Shown: positions 19,272 through 28,870 of the stretch, in pieces
Position numbering within the stretch: position 1 is the first letter of the stretch
Layout: each line of letters opens with the position of its first letter
NCBI GenBank assembly: GCA_903921205.1
Contig: CAIXPF010000020.1
Location: 18,775 to 82,774 of the forward strand
Direction: 5' to 3'
Origin: an uncultured Acidimicrobiia bacterium
Lineage (GTDB): Bacteria > Actinomycetota > Acidimicrobiia > Acidimicrobiales > CAIXPF01
DNA length: 64,000 nucleotides
Made by a program: the position numbers and the translations under genes
The notes under the pieces: model-generated
The model's database searches: none
What the model saw: the letters and a program-made list of their open reading frames with translations, nothing else
Told to the model about the DNA's origin: nothing

Positions 19272-20204
19272 TCAGTCGGCGAGGTCGGCGAACAGTGCCG
19301 TGCTGAGGTACCGCTCGCCGAAGGAGGGGATCACCACCACGATGCGCTTGCCGGCGTTCTCGGGTCGCTTGGCCAGCTGCAGTGCCGCCCAGGTGGCCGC
19401 TCCGGAGGAGATACCGACCAGCAGGCCCTCGGTGGCGGCCATGGCCCGGGCGGTGGCGAAGGCATCGTCGTTGGCGACCTGGATGACCTCGTCGTAGACG
19501 GTGGTGTCGAGGATGCCGGGGACGAAGCCGGCCCCGATCCCCTGGATGGGGTGGGGACCCTTCTGTCCGCCGGAGAGGACCGGCGAGGCGGCGGGCTCGA
19601 CGGCGACGATCTGCACGGAGGGCTTCTTGGCCTTGAGCGCCTGGCCCACACCGGTGATGGTGCCGCCGGTACCGACGCCGCCGACCACGATGTCGACGGT
19701 GCCGTCGGTGTCGTTCCAGATCTCCTCGGCGGTGGTCGCCTTGTGGATCGCCGGGTTGGCCGGGTTCTCGAACTGCTGGGGCATGAAGTAGCGGGGGTCG
19801 CTGTCGGCGAGTTCCTTGGCCTTGGCGATTGCGCCGCCCATCCCCTCGGGCCCGGGGGTGAGGATGAGTTCGGCGCCGTAGGCCCGCAGGAGCATGCGCC
19901 GCTCCTTGCTCATGGTCTCCGGCATGGTGAGCACGATCCTGTAGCCGCGGGCGGCGCAGACCATGGCCAGGGCGATGCCGGTGTTGCCGCTGGTCGGCTC
20001 CACGATGATGGTGTCGGGCTTGATCAGGCCGTCACGCTCGGCGGCGTCGATCATGGCGACACCGATGCGGTCCTTGACGCTGTGGGCCGGGTTGTAGAAC
20101 TCCAGCTTGGCCAGCACGTCGGCGACGGCGCCGTCGCTCACCCGCTGCAGACGGACCAGCGGCGTGTTGCCGACCAGTTCGGTGACGTTCTCGGCGATCT
20201 TCAT
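19272..20204 (-). CDS. cysK: Cysteine synthase A (O-acetylserine sulfhydrylase)
   Basis: 310 aa. PLP lysine region NPAHSVKDR, and motifs [10 protein letters not shown] and [10 protein letters not shown]. Confidence 0.9.
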   Translation of the reverse strand: MKIAENVTELVGNTPLVRLQRVSDGAVADVLAKLEFYNPAHSVKDRIGVAMIDAAERDGLIKPDTIIVEPTSGNTGIALAMVCAARGYRIVLTMPETMSKERRMLLRAYGAELILTPGPEGMGGAIAKAKELADSDPRYFMPQQFENPANPAIHKATTAEEIWNDTDGTVDIVVGGVGTGGTITGVGQALKAKKPSVQIVAVEPAASPVLSGGQKGPHPIQGIGAGFVPGILDTTVYDEVIQVANDDAFATARAMAATEGLLVGISSGAATWAALQLAKRPENAGKRIVVVIPSFGERYLSTALFADLAD

Positions 20205-20342
20205 GGTTCGCTTCCCCCGGGGTCGATGACGACGGTCACTCAGCCTAATACCCGACGAGTGCGGTAGGGAATACGTCCGAGGATGCCCCTGCCCGGAAAT
20301 CCGGGCCCGGCCGGCCCGGCACGCATGTGCGACCCGGCTGCT

Positions 20343-21149
20343 TCAACCGAGCAGGCTCTCCAGCTCGATCGCCACGCCGTCCTCGTCGTTGGAGCCGACC
20401 ACGGCGTCGGCCGCCGCCCGGACCGCCTCGTGGGCGTTGGCCACTGCCAGTCCCCGTCCGGCCCAGCGAAGCATCTCGAGGTCATTGGGCATGTCACCGA
20501 ACGCGACTGCGGCCGCGGCGTCGATCTGCAGTTGGGCGGCGAACTCCGCCAACGTGGCTCCCTTGTTCACCCCCGGTGCGCTCATCTCGAGCAGGTGTTG
20601 GCCACCCGACCAGGTGACCTCGGCCAGATGGCCGAGCTCGCGGGTGTTGGCGGCGAGCGCGGTCTGCACGTCGTGGCCGTCGATGCGGGCGAGCAGCTTG
20701 ACCGCCGGCACCCGTACCAGCTCATGGGCATCGTCGATCCGGGTGCCCGGGGGTGGCGTCCAGACGGTCTTCCAGCCGGGCTCGAGGCCGAGGTGATCGA
20801 CGGTCTCGACGGCGAAGAGGACGCCGGGAAACGCGGCTCGGAGCCGATCGACGATCTCGGCCATGGCGTCGGGGGAGAGGGTGTGGCTGGTCACCACCGA
20901 GCGGTTGGCGAGGTCGTAGACCAGGGCACCGTTGGCGCACACCGCGATGCCGCGATGGTCGAGCCGGTCGCCGATGTCCTCGATCCACCGGGGCGGGCGG
21001 CCCGTCGCCAGCACCATGGTCATGCCGGCCCGTTCGCATGCCGTGACCGCCTCGACGGTGCGCGGGCTCAGGGTCCCGTCGCTACGCAGCAGCGTGCCGT
21101 CGAGATCCGACGCGATCAGTCGGGCGTGGACGGGGGGCTCACCGGGCAT
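20343..21149 (-). CDS. Cof-type HAD-IIB family hydrolase/phosphatase
   Basis: 268 aa. Motifs SDLDGTLL, ATGRP, KG and GDMPNDLEML. Confidence 0.8.
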   Translation of the reverse strand: MPGEPPVHARLIASDLDGTLLRSDGTLSPRTVEAVTACERAGMTMVLATGRPPRWIEDIGDRLDHRGIAVCANGALVYDLANRSVVTSHTLSPDAMAEIVDRLRAAFPGVLFAVETVDHLGLEPGWKTVWTPPPGTRIDDAHELVRVPAVKLLARIDGHDVQTALAANTRELGHLAEVTWSGGQHLLEMSAPGVNKGATLAEFAAQLQIDAAAAVAFGDMPNDLEMLRWAGRGLAVANAHEAVRAAADAVVGSNDEDGVAIELESLLG

Positions 21150-21364
21150 GTGCCGACGCTACCCCCGGTGCAGCGACCCGTCCGCCGACCGCCTTGCCGA
21201 TCGGGTGGTTCAGGTTTCCGTCAGCGATCGGTAACACACCGTTGACCGGATGGGCGAACAGCGGCAACGCTCCCTCCGTACCCTCCCGGCACGACAGCTA
21301 CGCGACAGCTTGTCGTTCCATGACGGTCGACAGCCGGGCGGGGCCCGGCGCAGAAAGGGTGCTC

Positions 21365-22342
21365 ATGAGCGGTCTCGGTGGTCTGAACAAGGGCCCGGGT
21401 GGCCTGGTGGTCGGGGTGTGCCAGTTCCAGTTGCCGACGGTGGAGACCCCGGCGCAGCTCGGCGCCACCGCCGAGAAGATCTGCGGGATCGTCGAGCGGA
21501 CCAAGGCCGGCATGTCCAACCTGGACCTGATCGTGTTCCCCGAGTACTCGCTGCACGGGCTGTCGATGAACACCGACGACGCCCTCATGTGCGACCTCGA
21601 CGGGCCGGAGGTGGCGTCCTTCCAGGCCGTGTGCAAGCAGACCTCGACGTGGGGCTGCTTCTCGCTGATGGAACGCAACCCCGGTGGCTACCCGTGGAAC
21701 TCCGGCATCATCATCGACGCGTCCGGCGACATCGTCCTGTACTACCGCAAGCTGCACCCGTGGGTGCCGGTCGAGCCGTGGCACCCGGGTGACCTGGGTA
21801 TCCCGGTGTGCGACGGGCCGGCCGGCTCGAAGATCGCCCTGATCATCTGCCACGACGGGATGTTCCCCGAGATGGCCCGGGAGTGCGCCTACAAGGGTGC
21901 CAACGTGATGCTGCGGACTGCCGGGTACACCGCGCCGATCCGCCAGGCCTGGAAGGTGTCAAACCAGCACAACGCCTTCTCGAACCTGATGTACACGGTG
22001 AACGTGTGCCTCGCCGGCTCCGACGGGATGTTCCGCTCGATGGGCGAGGGGATGATCTGCAACTTCGACGGCACCGTGCTGGCCGAGGGCGGCGGGTTCC
22101 CCGACGAGGTGATCACCGCCGAGATCGTCCCGTCGCGTGCCGACGAGGCCCGCATCGGGTGGGGTGTCGAGAACAACATCTACCAGCTGGCCCATCGTGG
22201 GTACACCGCGGTGGCGGGCGGCGCGACCGACTGTCCGTACACCTGGGTGAAGGACCTGGCGAACGGCTCGTACCGCTTGCCCTGGGAGGACGCGGTCCAG
22301 GTGACCGACGGCCGGGCCTTCGGCTTCGAGCCGCTCGGCTGA
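21365..22342 (+). CDS. amiF: Formamidase / aliphatic amidase (nitrilase superfamily)
   Basis: Track ORF 21194-22342 trimmed to ATG 21365 (MSGLGGLNKGP). E-K-C triad context FPEYS, YRKLHPWVPVEPW and IICHDGMFPE, with strong resemblance to AmiF-type formamidases. Confidence 0.85.
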   Translation: MSGLGGLNKGPGGLVVGVCQFQLPTVETPAQLGATAEKICGIVERTKAGMSNLDLIVFPEYSLHGLSMNTDDALMCDLDGPEVASFQAVCKQTSTWGCFSLMERNPGGYPWNSGIIIDASGDIVLYYRKLHPWVPVEPWHPGDLGIPVCDGPAGSKIALIICHDGMFPEMARECAYKGANVMLRTAGYTAPIRQAWKVSNQHNAFSNLMYTVNVCLAGSDGMFRSMGEGMICNFDGTVLAEGGGFPDEVITAEIVPSRADEARIGWGVENNIYQLAHRGYTAVAGGATDCPYTWVKDLANGSYRLPWEDAVQVTDGRAFGFEPLG

Positions 22343-22367
22343 GCGTCGGCGAGCGTCGGCCCGGCGC

Positions 22368-24371
22368 TCAGGCCGGGTCGGCGACCGCGGCCGAGAACTG
22401 GGTCTGGTACAGGGTGTAGTAAGCCCCGCCGGCGGCGATGAGCTGCTCGTGGCTGCCCTGTTCGACGATGCGGCCGGCCTCCATCACCAGGATCACGTCG
22501 GCATTGCGGATGGTGGAGAGCCGGTGGGCGATGACGAAGCTCGTGCGGTCCGAGCGCAGTGACGCCATCGCCCGCTGCACGAGGACCTCGGTACGGGTGT
22601 CGACGGAGCTGGTGGCCTCGTCGAGGATCAGGATCGCCGGATCGGCGAGGAACGCCCGGGCGATGGTCAGCAGCTGCTTCTCGCCGGCGCTGACCGTGCC
22701 GCCCTCGTCGTCGATCATCGTGTCGTAGCCGTCGGGAAGGGCATGGACGAACCGGTCGACGTAGGCCGCCCGGGCGGCCGCCAGGATGTCCTCCTCGGTG
22801 GCGTCGGGCCGGCCGTAGGCGATGTTCTCGCGGATGGTCCCCCCGAAGAGCCAGGTGTCCTGCAGCACCATGCCGATGTCGGCGCGCAGCGTCCGGCGGG
22901 CCATGGCGGCGATGTCGTGACCGTCGAGGGTGATACGCCCCCCGTCGAGCTCGTAGAAGCGCATGATCAGGTTGACCAGCGTGGTCTTGCCGGCTCCGGT
23001 CGGGCCGACGATCGCCACGGTGGTGCCGGGCTCGGCGACCAACGACAGGTCCTCGATGAGCGGCACGGCCGGGTCATAGGAGAAGCTGACCGACTCGAAG
23101 GCCACCCGGCCCCTCGTCGGACCCTGCACGGATAGCGCCGGCACGGGGTCGGGGGACTGCTCCTCGGCGTCGAGCAACTCGAAGACCCGTTCGGTGGAGG
23201 CGATCCCGGACTGCAGCACGTTGACCATCGACGCCGTGTGGGTCAACGGCTGGGTGAACTGCCGGGAGTACTGGATGATGGCCTGCACGTCGCCGAGGCT
23301 GATCGCGCCGCCGGCCACCCGCACCCCGCCGATGACGGCCAGCGCGACGTAGTTGAGGTTGCCGATGAAGGCCATCGCCGGCTGGATCGCGCCGGACATG
23401 AACTGGGCGCCGAAGCTGGCCTCGAACAGGTCGTCGTTGGTGTTGCGGAACCGGCCCTCGACCTCCTCCTGGCGACCGAAGGCCTTGACGATGGCGTGCC
23501 CGGTGAAGGCCTCCTCGATCAGCCCGTTGAGCTGGCCGGTGTGTTTCCACTGGGCGATGAAGCGGGTCTTGGAGCGCTTGGCGATCTGCTTGAGGGCGAG
23601 GATCGACATCGGCACGGTGAGCGCCGCCACCGTCGCCAGCAGCGGGGACACCACGAACATCATCACCAGCACCGCCACCACCGTCAGCAGCGAGGTGAGC
23701 AGCTGGCTGAGGGTCTGTTGCAGGCTCTGGGCCACGTTGTCGATGTCGTTGGTGACCCGGCTGAGCAGGTCGCCACGGGCGTTGCGGTCGAGATAGCTCA
23801 GCGGGAGGCGGTGGAGCTTCTCCTCGACCTCGGCCCGCAGGGCGAACATCGTCCGCTGCACCACACCGGCGAGCACGTAGGACTGCAGGTAGGAGAGCAG
23901 GAACGAGCCGGTGTACAACGCCAGGGCCGCCCCCAGCGTGCGGTGCAGCCGGCCGAAGTCGACGCCGTTGCCGCTGCGCAGGCCGTTGAAGACGATGTCG
24001 GTGGCCCTGCCGAGCACCCAGGGACCCGCGGCCACGAACGCCACGCTGACGACCGCCATGGTCAGCACCGCGACGACCCGGAAACGATCGGGGGCCATGC
24101 GCCCGACGAGGCGACGGGCGGTGGCGCCGAAGTTCTTGGACCGCTCCGGTGGGGCGCCGAAGCTCGACATCCGGCCGCTGCCCGGTCCGCCGCGTAGCTC
24201 GCTCGGAGGCGGCCGGTGGGCCGCGGTGTCATCGGCATCGGTCACGCCCCTCGTCGGGGCTGCGCCGTTCGTCGATGCCGAGGCATTCCCGGACCCAGCG
24301 CCGTTCGCCGCGCTCGGGCCGGGCGTGGGATCTGCCGGGTTCTCGGGGTCGGGGTCGGCGATGTCGCTCAC
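22368..24371 (-). CDS. ABC exporter, fused TMD-NBD (type I exporter subunit B)
   Basis: Track ORF 22368-25334 trimmed to GTG 24371, with a GTGA overlap onto the upstream stop. The N-terminus is low-complexity, followed by 6 TM. Motifs GPTGAGKTT, VSAGEKQ and ILILDEATS. The start could instead be the internal MSSFGAPPERSK. Confidence 0.85.
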   Translation of the reverse strand: MSDIADPDPENPADPTPGPSAANGAGSGNASASTNGAAPTRGVTDADDTAAHRPPPSELRGGPGSGRMSSFGAPPERSKNFGATARRLVGRMAPDRFRVVAVLTMAVVSVAFVAAGPWVLGRATDIVFNGLRSGNGVDFGRLHRTLGAALALYTGSFLLSYLQSYVLAGVVQRTMFALRAEVEEKLHRLPLSYLDRNARGDLLSRVTNDIDNVAQSLQQTLSQLLTSLLTVVAVLVMMFVVSPLLATVAALTVPMSILALKQIAKRSKTRFIAQWKHTGQLNGLIEEAFTGHAIVKAFGRQEEVEGRFRNTNDDLFEASFGAQFMSGAIQPAMAFIGNLNYVALAVIGGVRVAGGAISLGDVQAIIQYSRQFTQPLTHTASMVNVLQSGIASTERVFELLDAEEQSPDPVPALSVQGPTRGRVAFESVSFSYDPAVPLIEDLSLVAEPGTTVAIVGPTGAGKTTLVNLIMRFYELDGGRITLDGHDIAAMARRTLRADIGMVLQDTWLFGGTIRENIAYGRPDATEEDILAAARAAYVDRFVHALPDGYDTMIDDEGGTVSAGEKQLLTIARAFLADPAILILDEATSSVDTRTEVLVQRAMASLRSDRTSFVIAHRLSTIRNADVILVMEAGRIVEQGSHEQLIAAGGAYYTLYQTQFSAAVADPA

Positions 24372-26110
24372 GCTGCGGCCTCGTCGGCGCTGGCCTGGGA
24401 GGCGACGATCTCCTGGTAGGTCGGACAGTCGGCGAGCAGCTCGGCGTGGCTGCCCAGGCCCACTGCCCGGCCGTGGTCGAGCACCAGGATGCGGGTGGCG
24501 TGGCGAATGGTCGACACCCGTTGCGCCACGATGATCACGGCGGCGTCGGCGGTTGCCGGGGCCAGGGCGGCCCGGAGCCGGGCATCGGTGGCGAGGTCGA
24601 GCGCCGAGAACGAGTCGTCGAAGAGATAGACCTCGGGCTTGCGGATGAGCGCCCGGGCGATGGCGAGGCGTTGCCGCTGCCCGCCCGAGACGTTCGTGCC
24701 GCCCTGGGCGATCGAGGCCTCGAGACCGCCGGGCATCGCCGACACGAAGTCCTCGGCCTGGGCCACCCGGAGGGCCTCCCACATCTCCTCCTCCGTTGCG
24801 TCGGCCTTGCCGTAACGGAGGTTGGAGGCAACGGTGCCGGAGAACAGGTACGGCTTCTGGGGCACCAGTCCGATCCTCGACCACAGCACCGTCGGGTCGA
24901 GCCGGCGCAGGTCGACGCCGTCGAGAAGGACCGCGCCATCGGTGACGTCGATGAGCCGGGGGATCAGGTTCACCAGCGTGGTCTTGCCCGACCCGGTGCT
25001 GCCGATCACCGCCAGGGTCTCGCCGGCCCGGCAGCTGCAGGTGACCTCGCTGAGCACCGCCTCGTCGGCGCCGGGGTAGCGGAAGCCGACGGACTGCAGC
25101 TCCACGGTGCTGCGACGGGGTAGCTCCCGGAGCGCGTCCTCGGCGATGACCACCGAGCTGTCGGTGTCGAGGACCATCTGGATCCGGTCGGCACTGACCG
25201 CGGCCCGTGGCACCAGCGAGGCCATGAACGTGGCCATCATCACCGCGATGAGGATCTGCGTCAGGTAGGTGAGAAAGGCGATGAGGGCCCCGACGCTCAT
25301 CGAGCCGGACGCCACGCGGGCGGCGCCGAACCACAGCACCGCCACGCTCGAGAAGTTGATGACCGCCATGACCACCGGGAACATCAGGGCCTGGATGCGG
25401 CCGGCACGCAGCGAGGTCGCGGTGAGGGTCTCGTTCGCCTGGCGGAAGCGCTCGGTCTCCTCAGGTTCCCGTACGAAGGCCCGCAGGACCCGGACTCCGG
25501 TGAGCTGCTCGCGCAGCACCTGGTTGATGCGGTCGATCCGCTCCTGCATCCGCCGGTACTGGGGGACCATCTTCAAGATGGCGCCTCCGACCGTCACGAC
25601 CAGAACCGGGATGGCGACCAGCAGGATCCACGACAGGCCGACGTCCTGCTGCAGCGCCAGCACCGTGCCACCCACCGCGGTGATCGGGGCGGCGACCAAC
25701 ATGGTGCAGGTCATGAGCACCAGCATCTGGACCTGCTGGACGTCGTTGGTGATGCGGGTGATCAGCGACGGGGCCCCGAACAGGGCGACCTCGCGGGCCG
25801 AGAACCGGTTGACCTGGTGGAACAAGGCCGTGCGCACGTCGCGACCGAACGCCATCGAGGCCCGGGCGCCGCAGTAGACCGCCACGATGGCGAAGCAGAT
25901 CTGTACCAGGGTGATGAGCACCATGATGCTGCCGACCCGCCAGATGTACCCGGTGTCGCCCCGGGCGACGCCCCGGTCGATCAGCCGGGCGTTGAGCGCC
26001 GGCAGGTACAGCGTGGCGAGGGCCTGGACCGCCTGGAACAGTACGACGAGGGCGAGGAGGAGGCGGTAGCGCCTGAGGTGGTGGGTCAACAAGCGCCACA
26101 GCATCGCCAC
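24368..26110 (-). CDS. ABC exporter, fused TMD-NBD (subunit A of a heterodimeric pair)
   Basis: 580 aa. Motifs GSTGSGKTT, VSGGQRQR and YLFDDSFSALD. Confidence 0.9.
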   Translation of the reverse strand: MAMLWRLLTHHLRRYRLLLALVVLFQAVQALATLYLPALNARLIDRGVARGDTGYIWRVGSIMVLITLVQICFAIVAVYCGARASMAFGRDVRTALFHQVNRFSAREVALFGAPSLITRITNDVQQVQMLVLMTCTMLVAAPITAVGGTVLALQQDVGLSWILLVAIPVLVVTVGGAILKMVPQYRRMQERIDRINQVLREQLTGVRVLRAFVREPEETERFRQANETLTATSLRAGRIQALMFPVVMAVINFSSVAVLWFGAARVASGSMSVGALIAFLTYLTQILIAVMMATFMASLVPRAAVSADRIQMVLDTDSSVVIAEDALRELPRRSTVELQSVGFRYPGADEAVLSEVTCSCRAGETLAVIGSTGSGKTTLVNLIPRLIDVTDGAVLLDGVDLRRLDPTVLWSRIGLVPQKPYLFSGTVASNLRYGKADATEEEMWEALRVAQAEDFVSAMPGGLEASIAQGGTNVSGGQRQRLAIARALIRKPEVYLFDDSFSALDLATDARLRAALAPATADAAVIIVAQRVSTIRHATRILVLDHGRAVGLGSHAELLADCPTYQEIVASQASADEAAA

Positions 26111-26223
26111 GATCCTGCCACGCAGCCACCAGCAGACCGGTCACGCTCCGGTGACGGAGCTGCATCGCCGGGGGAGAGTGAGGCGAGTCTCCCGTTGACC
26201 GTGCGGCGCTCGGCGGGTAGACG

Positions 26224-27258
26224 ATGGCCATCGTCACCGACGCGCGTTCCGTCAGCATCGTGATCACGGCATACAACTACGAGCGCTTCGTCGGTGACGC
26301 GGTGCGCTCGGCGCTCGCCCAGACGCATGGCGCGGTCGAGGTGGTCGTGGTCGACGATGGATCGACCGATGCCACCGGCGAACGGGCGGTCGCCTTTCCC
26401 GGGGTCCTGTTGATCCGCCAGGCGAACGGTGGCCAGGGCTCGGCGTTCAACGCCGGTTGGCGGGCCACCTCGGGCGACATCGTGATCTTCCTCGATGCCG
26501 ATGACCTGCTCGAGCCGTCCGCAGCGAGCCGGGTGGTGGCGGCGATGGCCCGCGAGGTGTCGAAGGTCCAGTTCTGTCTGCGGGTGGTGGACGAGTCGGG
26601 GTCGATGACCGGTCGGGTGCTTCCCCATCACGCACGCATCGACGCCGGCAGGTTCCGTCGTCGGACCGAACGGGCCGGGTCGTACCCGACGCCTCCCACC
26701 TCGGGCAACGCGTTCGCCCGTTGGTACCTCGAGCGGGTCATGCCGCTGCCCGAGGAGGACTTCCGCTACAACGCCGAGGGCCTCCCGGTTCTGTTGGCAC
26801 CGTTCTTCGGTGACGTGGTGCATCTCGACGAGGTGCTCGGTGCCTACCGGGTCCACGGCGGCAATCACATCGGGGGCCATTCCGATGTGCGACTCTTCCG
26901 GGAACAGCTCGATCGCGGCCACCGAAAGGCTGCCATCGCCGAACAGGTGCTCGACGACGTGCTCGGAATCCGATGGGACCATCGGCGTCTCCTGCGCCGA
27001 AACCCGTTCTATCTCGGTCGTCTGGCGGACCTGCAGGCGCTGGCCCCCGGTGATCCGCGGGTGGCCGGTTTGCACCCCATGGCCTTGCGCGCCCGGCTGG
27101 CCAGGGCTCGTCTGCTCGACCCGTTCGAAAGCCCCGCCGTGCGTGTGCGGGGCACGGTCGGAGCCTTGGTCGGTATCGGCGCTCGTCGGCGACGCTCGGC
27201 GGGGCGCCGAGCCGTGCCACCGGTCGCCCCCGCTGTGGCGGACGTCAGCGGCCGCTGA
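26224..27258 (+). CDS. Family 2 glycosyltransferase
   Basis: 344 aa. Motifs VSIVITAYNYERF, VVVVDDGSTD and FLDADD. The 3' end overlaps the convergent gene by 14 nt. Confidence 0.75.
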   Translation: MAIVTDARSVSIVITAYNYERFVGDAVRSALAQTHGAVEVVVVDDGSTDATGERAVAFPGVLLIRQANGGQGSAFNAGWRATSGDIVIFLDADDLLEPSAASRVVAAMAREVSKVQFCLRVVDESGSMTGRVLPHHARIDAGRFRRRTERAGSYPTPPTSGNAFARWYLERVMPLPEEDFRYNAEGLPVLLAPFFGDVVHLDEVLGAYRVHGGNHIGGHSDVRLFREQLDRGHRKAAIAEQVLDDVLGIRWDHRRLLRRNPFYLGRLADLQALAPGDPRVAGLHPMALRARLARARLLDPFESPAVRVRGTVGALVGIGARRRRSAGRRAVPPVAPAVADVSGR

Positions 27259-28033
27259 AGCGTGGCGCCCGCTTTTCCTTGAAGGCCGCCACCGCCTCGA
27301 GATGGTCTGCGGTGTTGAACGCCACGCCCATCGGGCCGGTGACCAGGTCGAGCGCGCCCGGCAGGTCGGTGCCGACCGACTGGCGGGCGACCTGCTTGAT
27401 CAGACGGATGGCCACCCGGGGGCCGCGAGCGAGCCGCGCCGCGAACTCGAGCAACTCCGGGACGAGGGCGTCGTCGTCGCACACCCGTGAGACGATGCCC
27501 AGCTGCAGGGCGGTGTCGGCGTCGATGAACTCGCCGGTCCACAGCAACTCGAGGGCCTTGGACATGCCGACCAGGCGGGGCAGCAGGAAGGCGCCACCGT
27601 CGCCGGGGACCAGGCCCATCTTGACGTAGCTCTCGCAGAACTGGGCGCGCCGACTCGCCCAGCGGATGTCGGCCATCAGGGCCATGTCCATGCCGGCGCC
27701 GGTCGCTGCGCCGTTGACCGCGCACAGGTACGGCTTCTGCAGGGCGGCGACGGCCCGGCCGACCGGATGCACGTGGGTGCGCAGATAGTCACCGATGTGC
27801 AGCGCCGCGTTACCCTCGACCGCCCCGAGGGTGGACACGTCGCCGCCGGCGCAGAACGCCCGGCCGGCCCCGGTCAGCACCACGGCAGCCACGTCGTCGT
27901 CGAGCTGGCATTCGTGCAACGCCGCAGCCCAGTCGGCCAACATCGTGTTGTGGAAGGCGTTGAGCGCCTCCGGCCGGTTCAGTGTGATGGTGGCCACCCC
28001 ATCGGCCTTCTCGAAGCGCAACTCGTCACCCAT
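27245..28033 (-). CDS. Enoyl-CoA hydratase/isomerase (crotonase family)
   Basis: 262 aa. Motifs ITLNRPEALNA, FCAGGD, AVNGAATGAGMDMAL and AFKEKR. Confidence 0.85.
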   Translation of the reverse strand: MGDELRFEKADGVATITLNRPEALNAFHNTMLADWAAALHECQLDDDVAAVVLTGAGRAFCAGGDVSTLGAVEGNAALHIGDYLRTHVHPVGRAVAALQKPYLCAVNGAATGAGMDMALMADIRWASRRAQFCESYVKMGLVPGDGGAFLLPRLVGMSKALELLWTGEFIDADTALQLGIVSRVCDDDALVPELLEFAARLARGPRVAIRLIKQVARQSVGTDLPGALDLVTGPMGVAFNTADHLEAVAAFKEKRAPRFSGR

Positions 28034-28083
28034 GGCCCGATCCTGCCATGCCGGGCTGCTGCGGGTCGCTTCGTCGGGCTCGG

Positions 28084-28425
28084 TCAGCCTTGCTCGAAGC
28101 TGACCAGGATGGCGGCGTTGGCGATGACCAGCGCATCGTCGCCCGTCGGGGACTCGACGTCGAGCCCGCCGGCGACTGGCGTCACGGTGACCGTACCGTA
28201 CGGTACCTCGGCGGCGATGGCCGCGAGGTCGAGGGCATCAGGCCGGGCGACCGCAATGCGCACCTCGATGTGCATGTCCCGGCGGGACTTCCCGGCGGCC
28301 TCGAAGAAGTTCAGGCTGCTGTGGCGCAACGCATCGGACACTGCCCGCCGCGCCGCGTTGGTGTAGTCGCGGCCGTGTACGTCGACGCCCATGCCCATCT
28401 CGGTGATCCAGCGAACCAGTGCCAT
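28084..28425 (-). CDS. Lin0512-family small conserved protein (function unknown)
   Basis: Track ORF 28084-29535 trimmed to ATG 28425. At 113 aa, ITEMGMGVDVHGRDYTNAARRAV matches my memory of the Lin0512/TIGR02058 signature. The family call comes from memory only. Confidence 0.55.
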   Translation of the reverse strand: MALVRWITEMGMGVDVHGRDYTNAARRAVSDALRHSSLNFFEAAGKSRRDMHIEVRIAVARPDALDLAAIAAEVPYGTVTVTPVAGGLDVESPTGDDALVIANAAILVSFEQG

Positions 28426-28508
28426 GCCGGCACGGTAGTCCTGTGGCGCCACGGTAGAGAGGGGCCGACGGCTCCGTCGTTGCCGGGCCGGGCCCCCGGC
28501 CCGGCTCG

Positions 28509-28870
28509 CTACGCGACCGGTGGCGGTTCGGGCGGCGGTTCTGTCGGCGGGGGCGTGGTGGTCGGCGGCGGGGCCGGCGGCTCGGTGGTCGTCGTGGGCG
28601 GTGGTTCCGTCGTCGTCGTCGTCGTCGGGGGAGGCTCGCTCGTGGTGGTGGTGGGCGGCTCGGTGGTCGTGGTGGTCGGCGCCGCCGTGGTCGTCGTGGA
28701 GGGCTCGGTGGTGGTCGGCGGTGCCGTGGTGGTGGGAGCCGGCGGGAGGGTGGTCGCCGGGGGTGGGGTCGTCGGCGGAGGCGAGGCCGTGGTGGGCGGT
28801 GCCGGTGGCCGGGTGGTCACGGTGATGACGATGCCGGCCCACGGCGCTGCGGTGGTGGTCACCCCAAGCG
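28509..28870. repeat. Low-complexity coding repeat (Pro/Thr-rich tail)
   Basis: Recurring GGCTCGGTGGTSGT-like units on the + strand. It translates on the - strand as PTTTTEPP repeats. Confidence 0.6.

Noticed and set aside
20205-20342. A possible sulfur- or SAM-responsive riboswitch in the cysK leader.
   Set aside because: I found no conserved riboswitch core. The region has only a short hairpin (GCCCGG AAAT CCGGGC, 20291-20306), which is more likely the terminator of the upstream HAD gene, and a TAGGCT -10-like hexamer.
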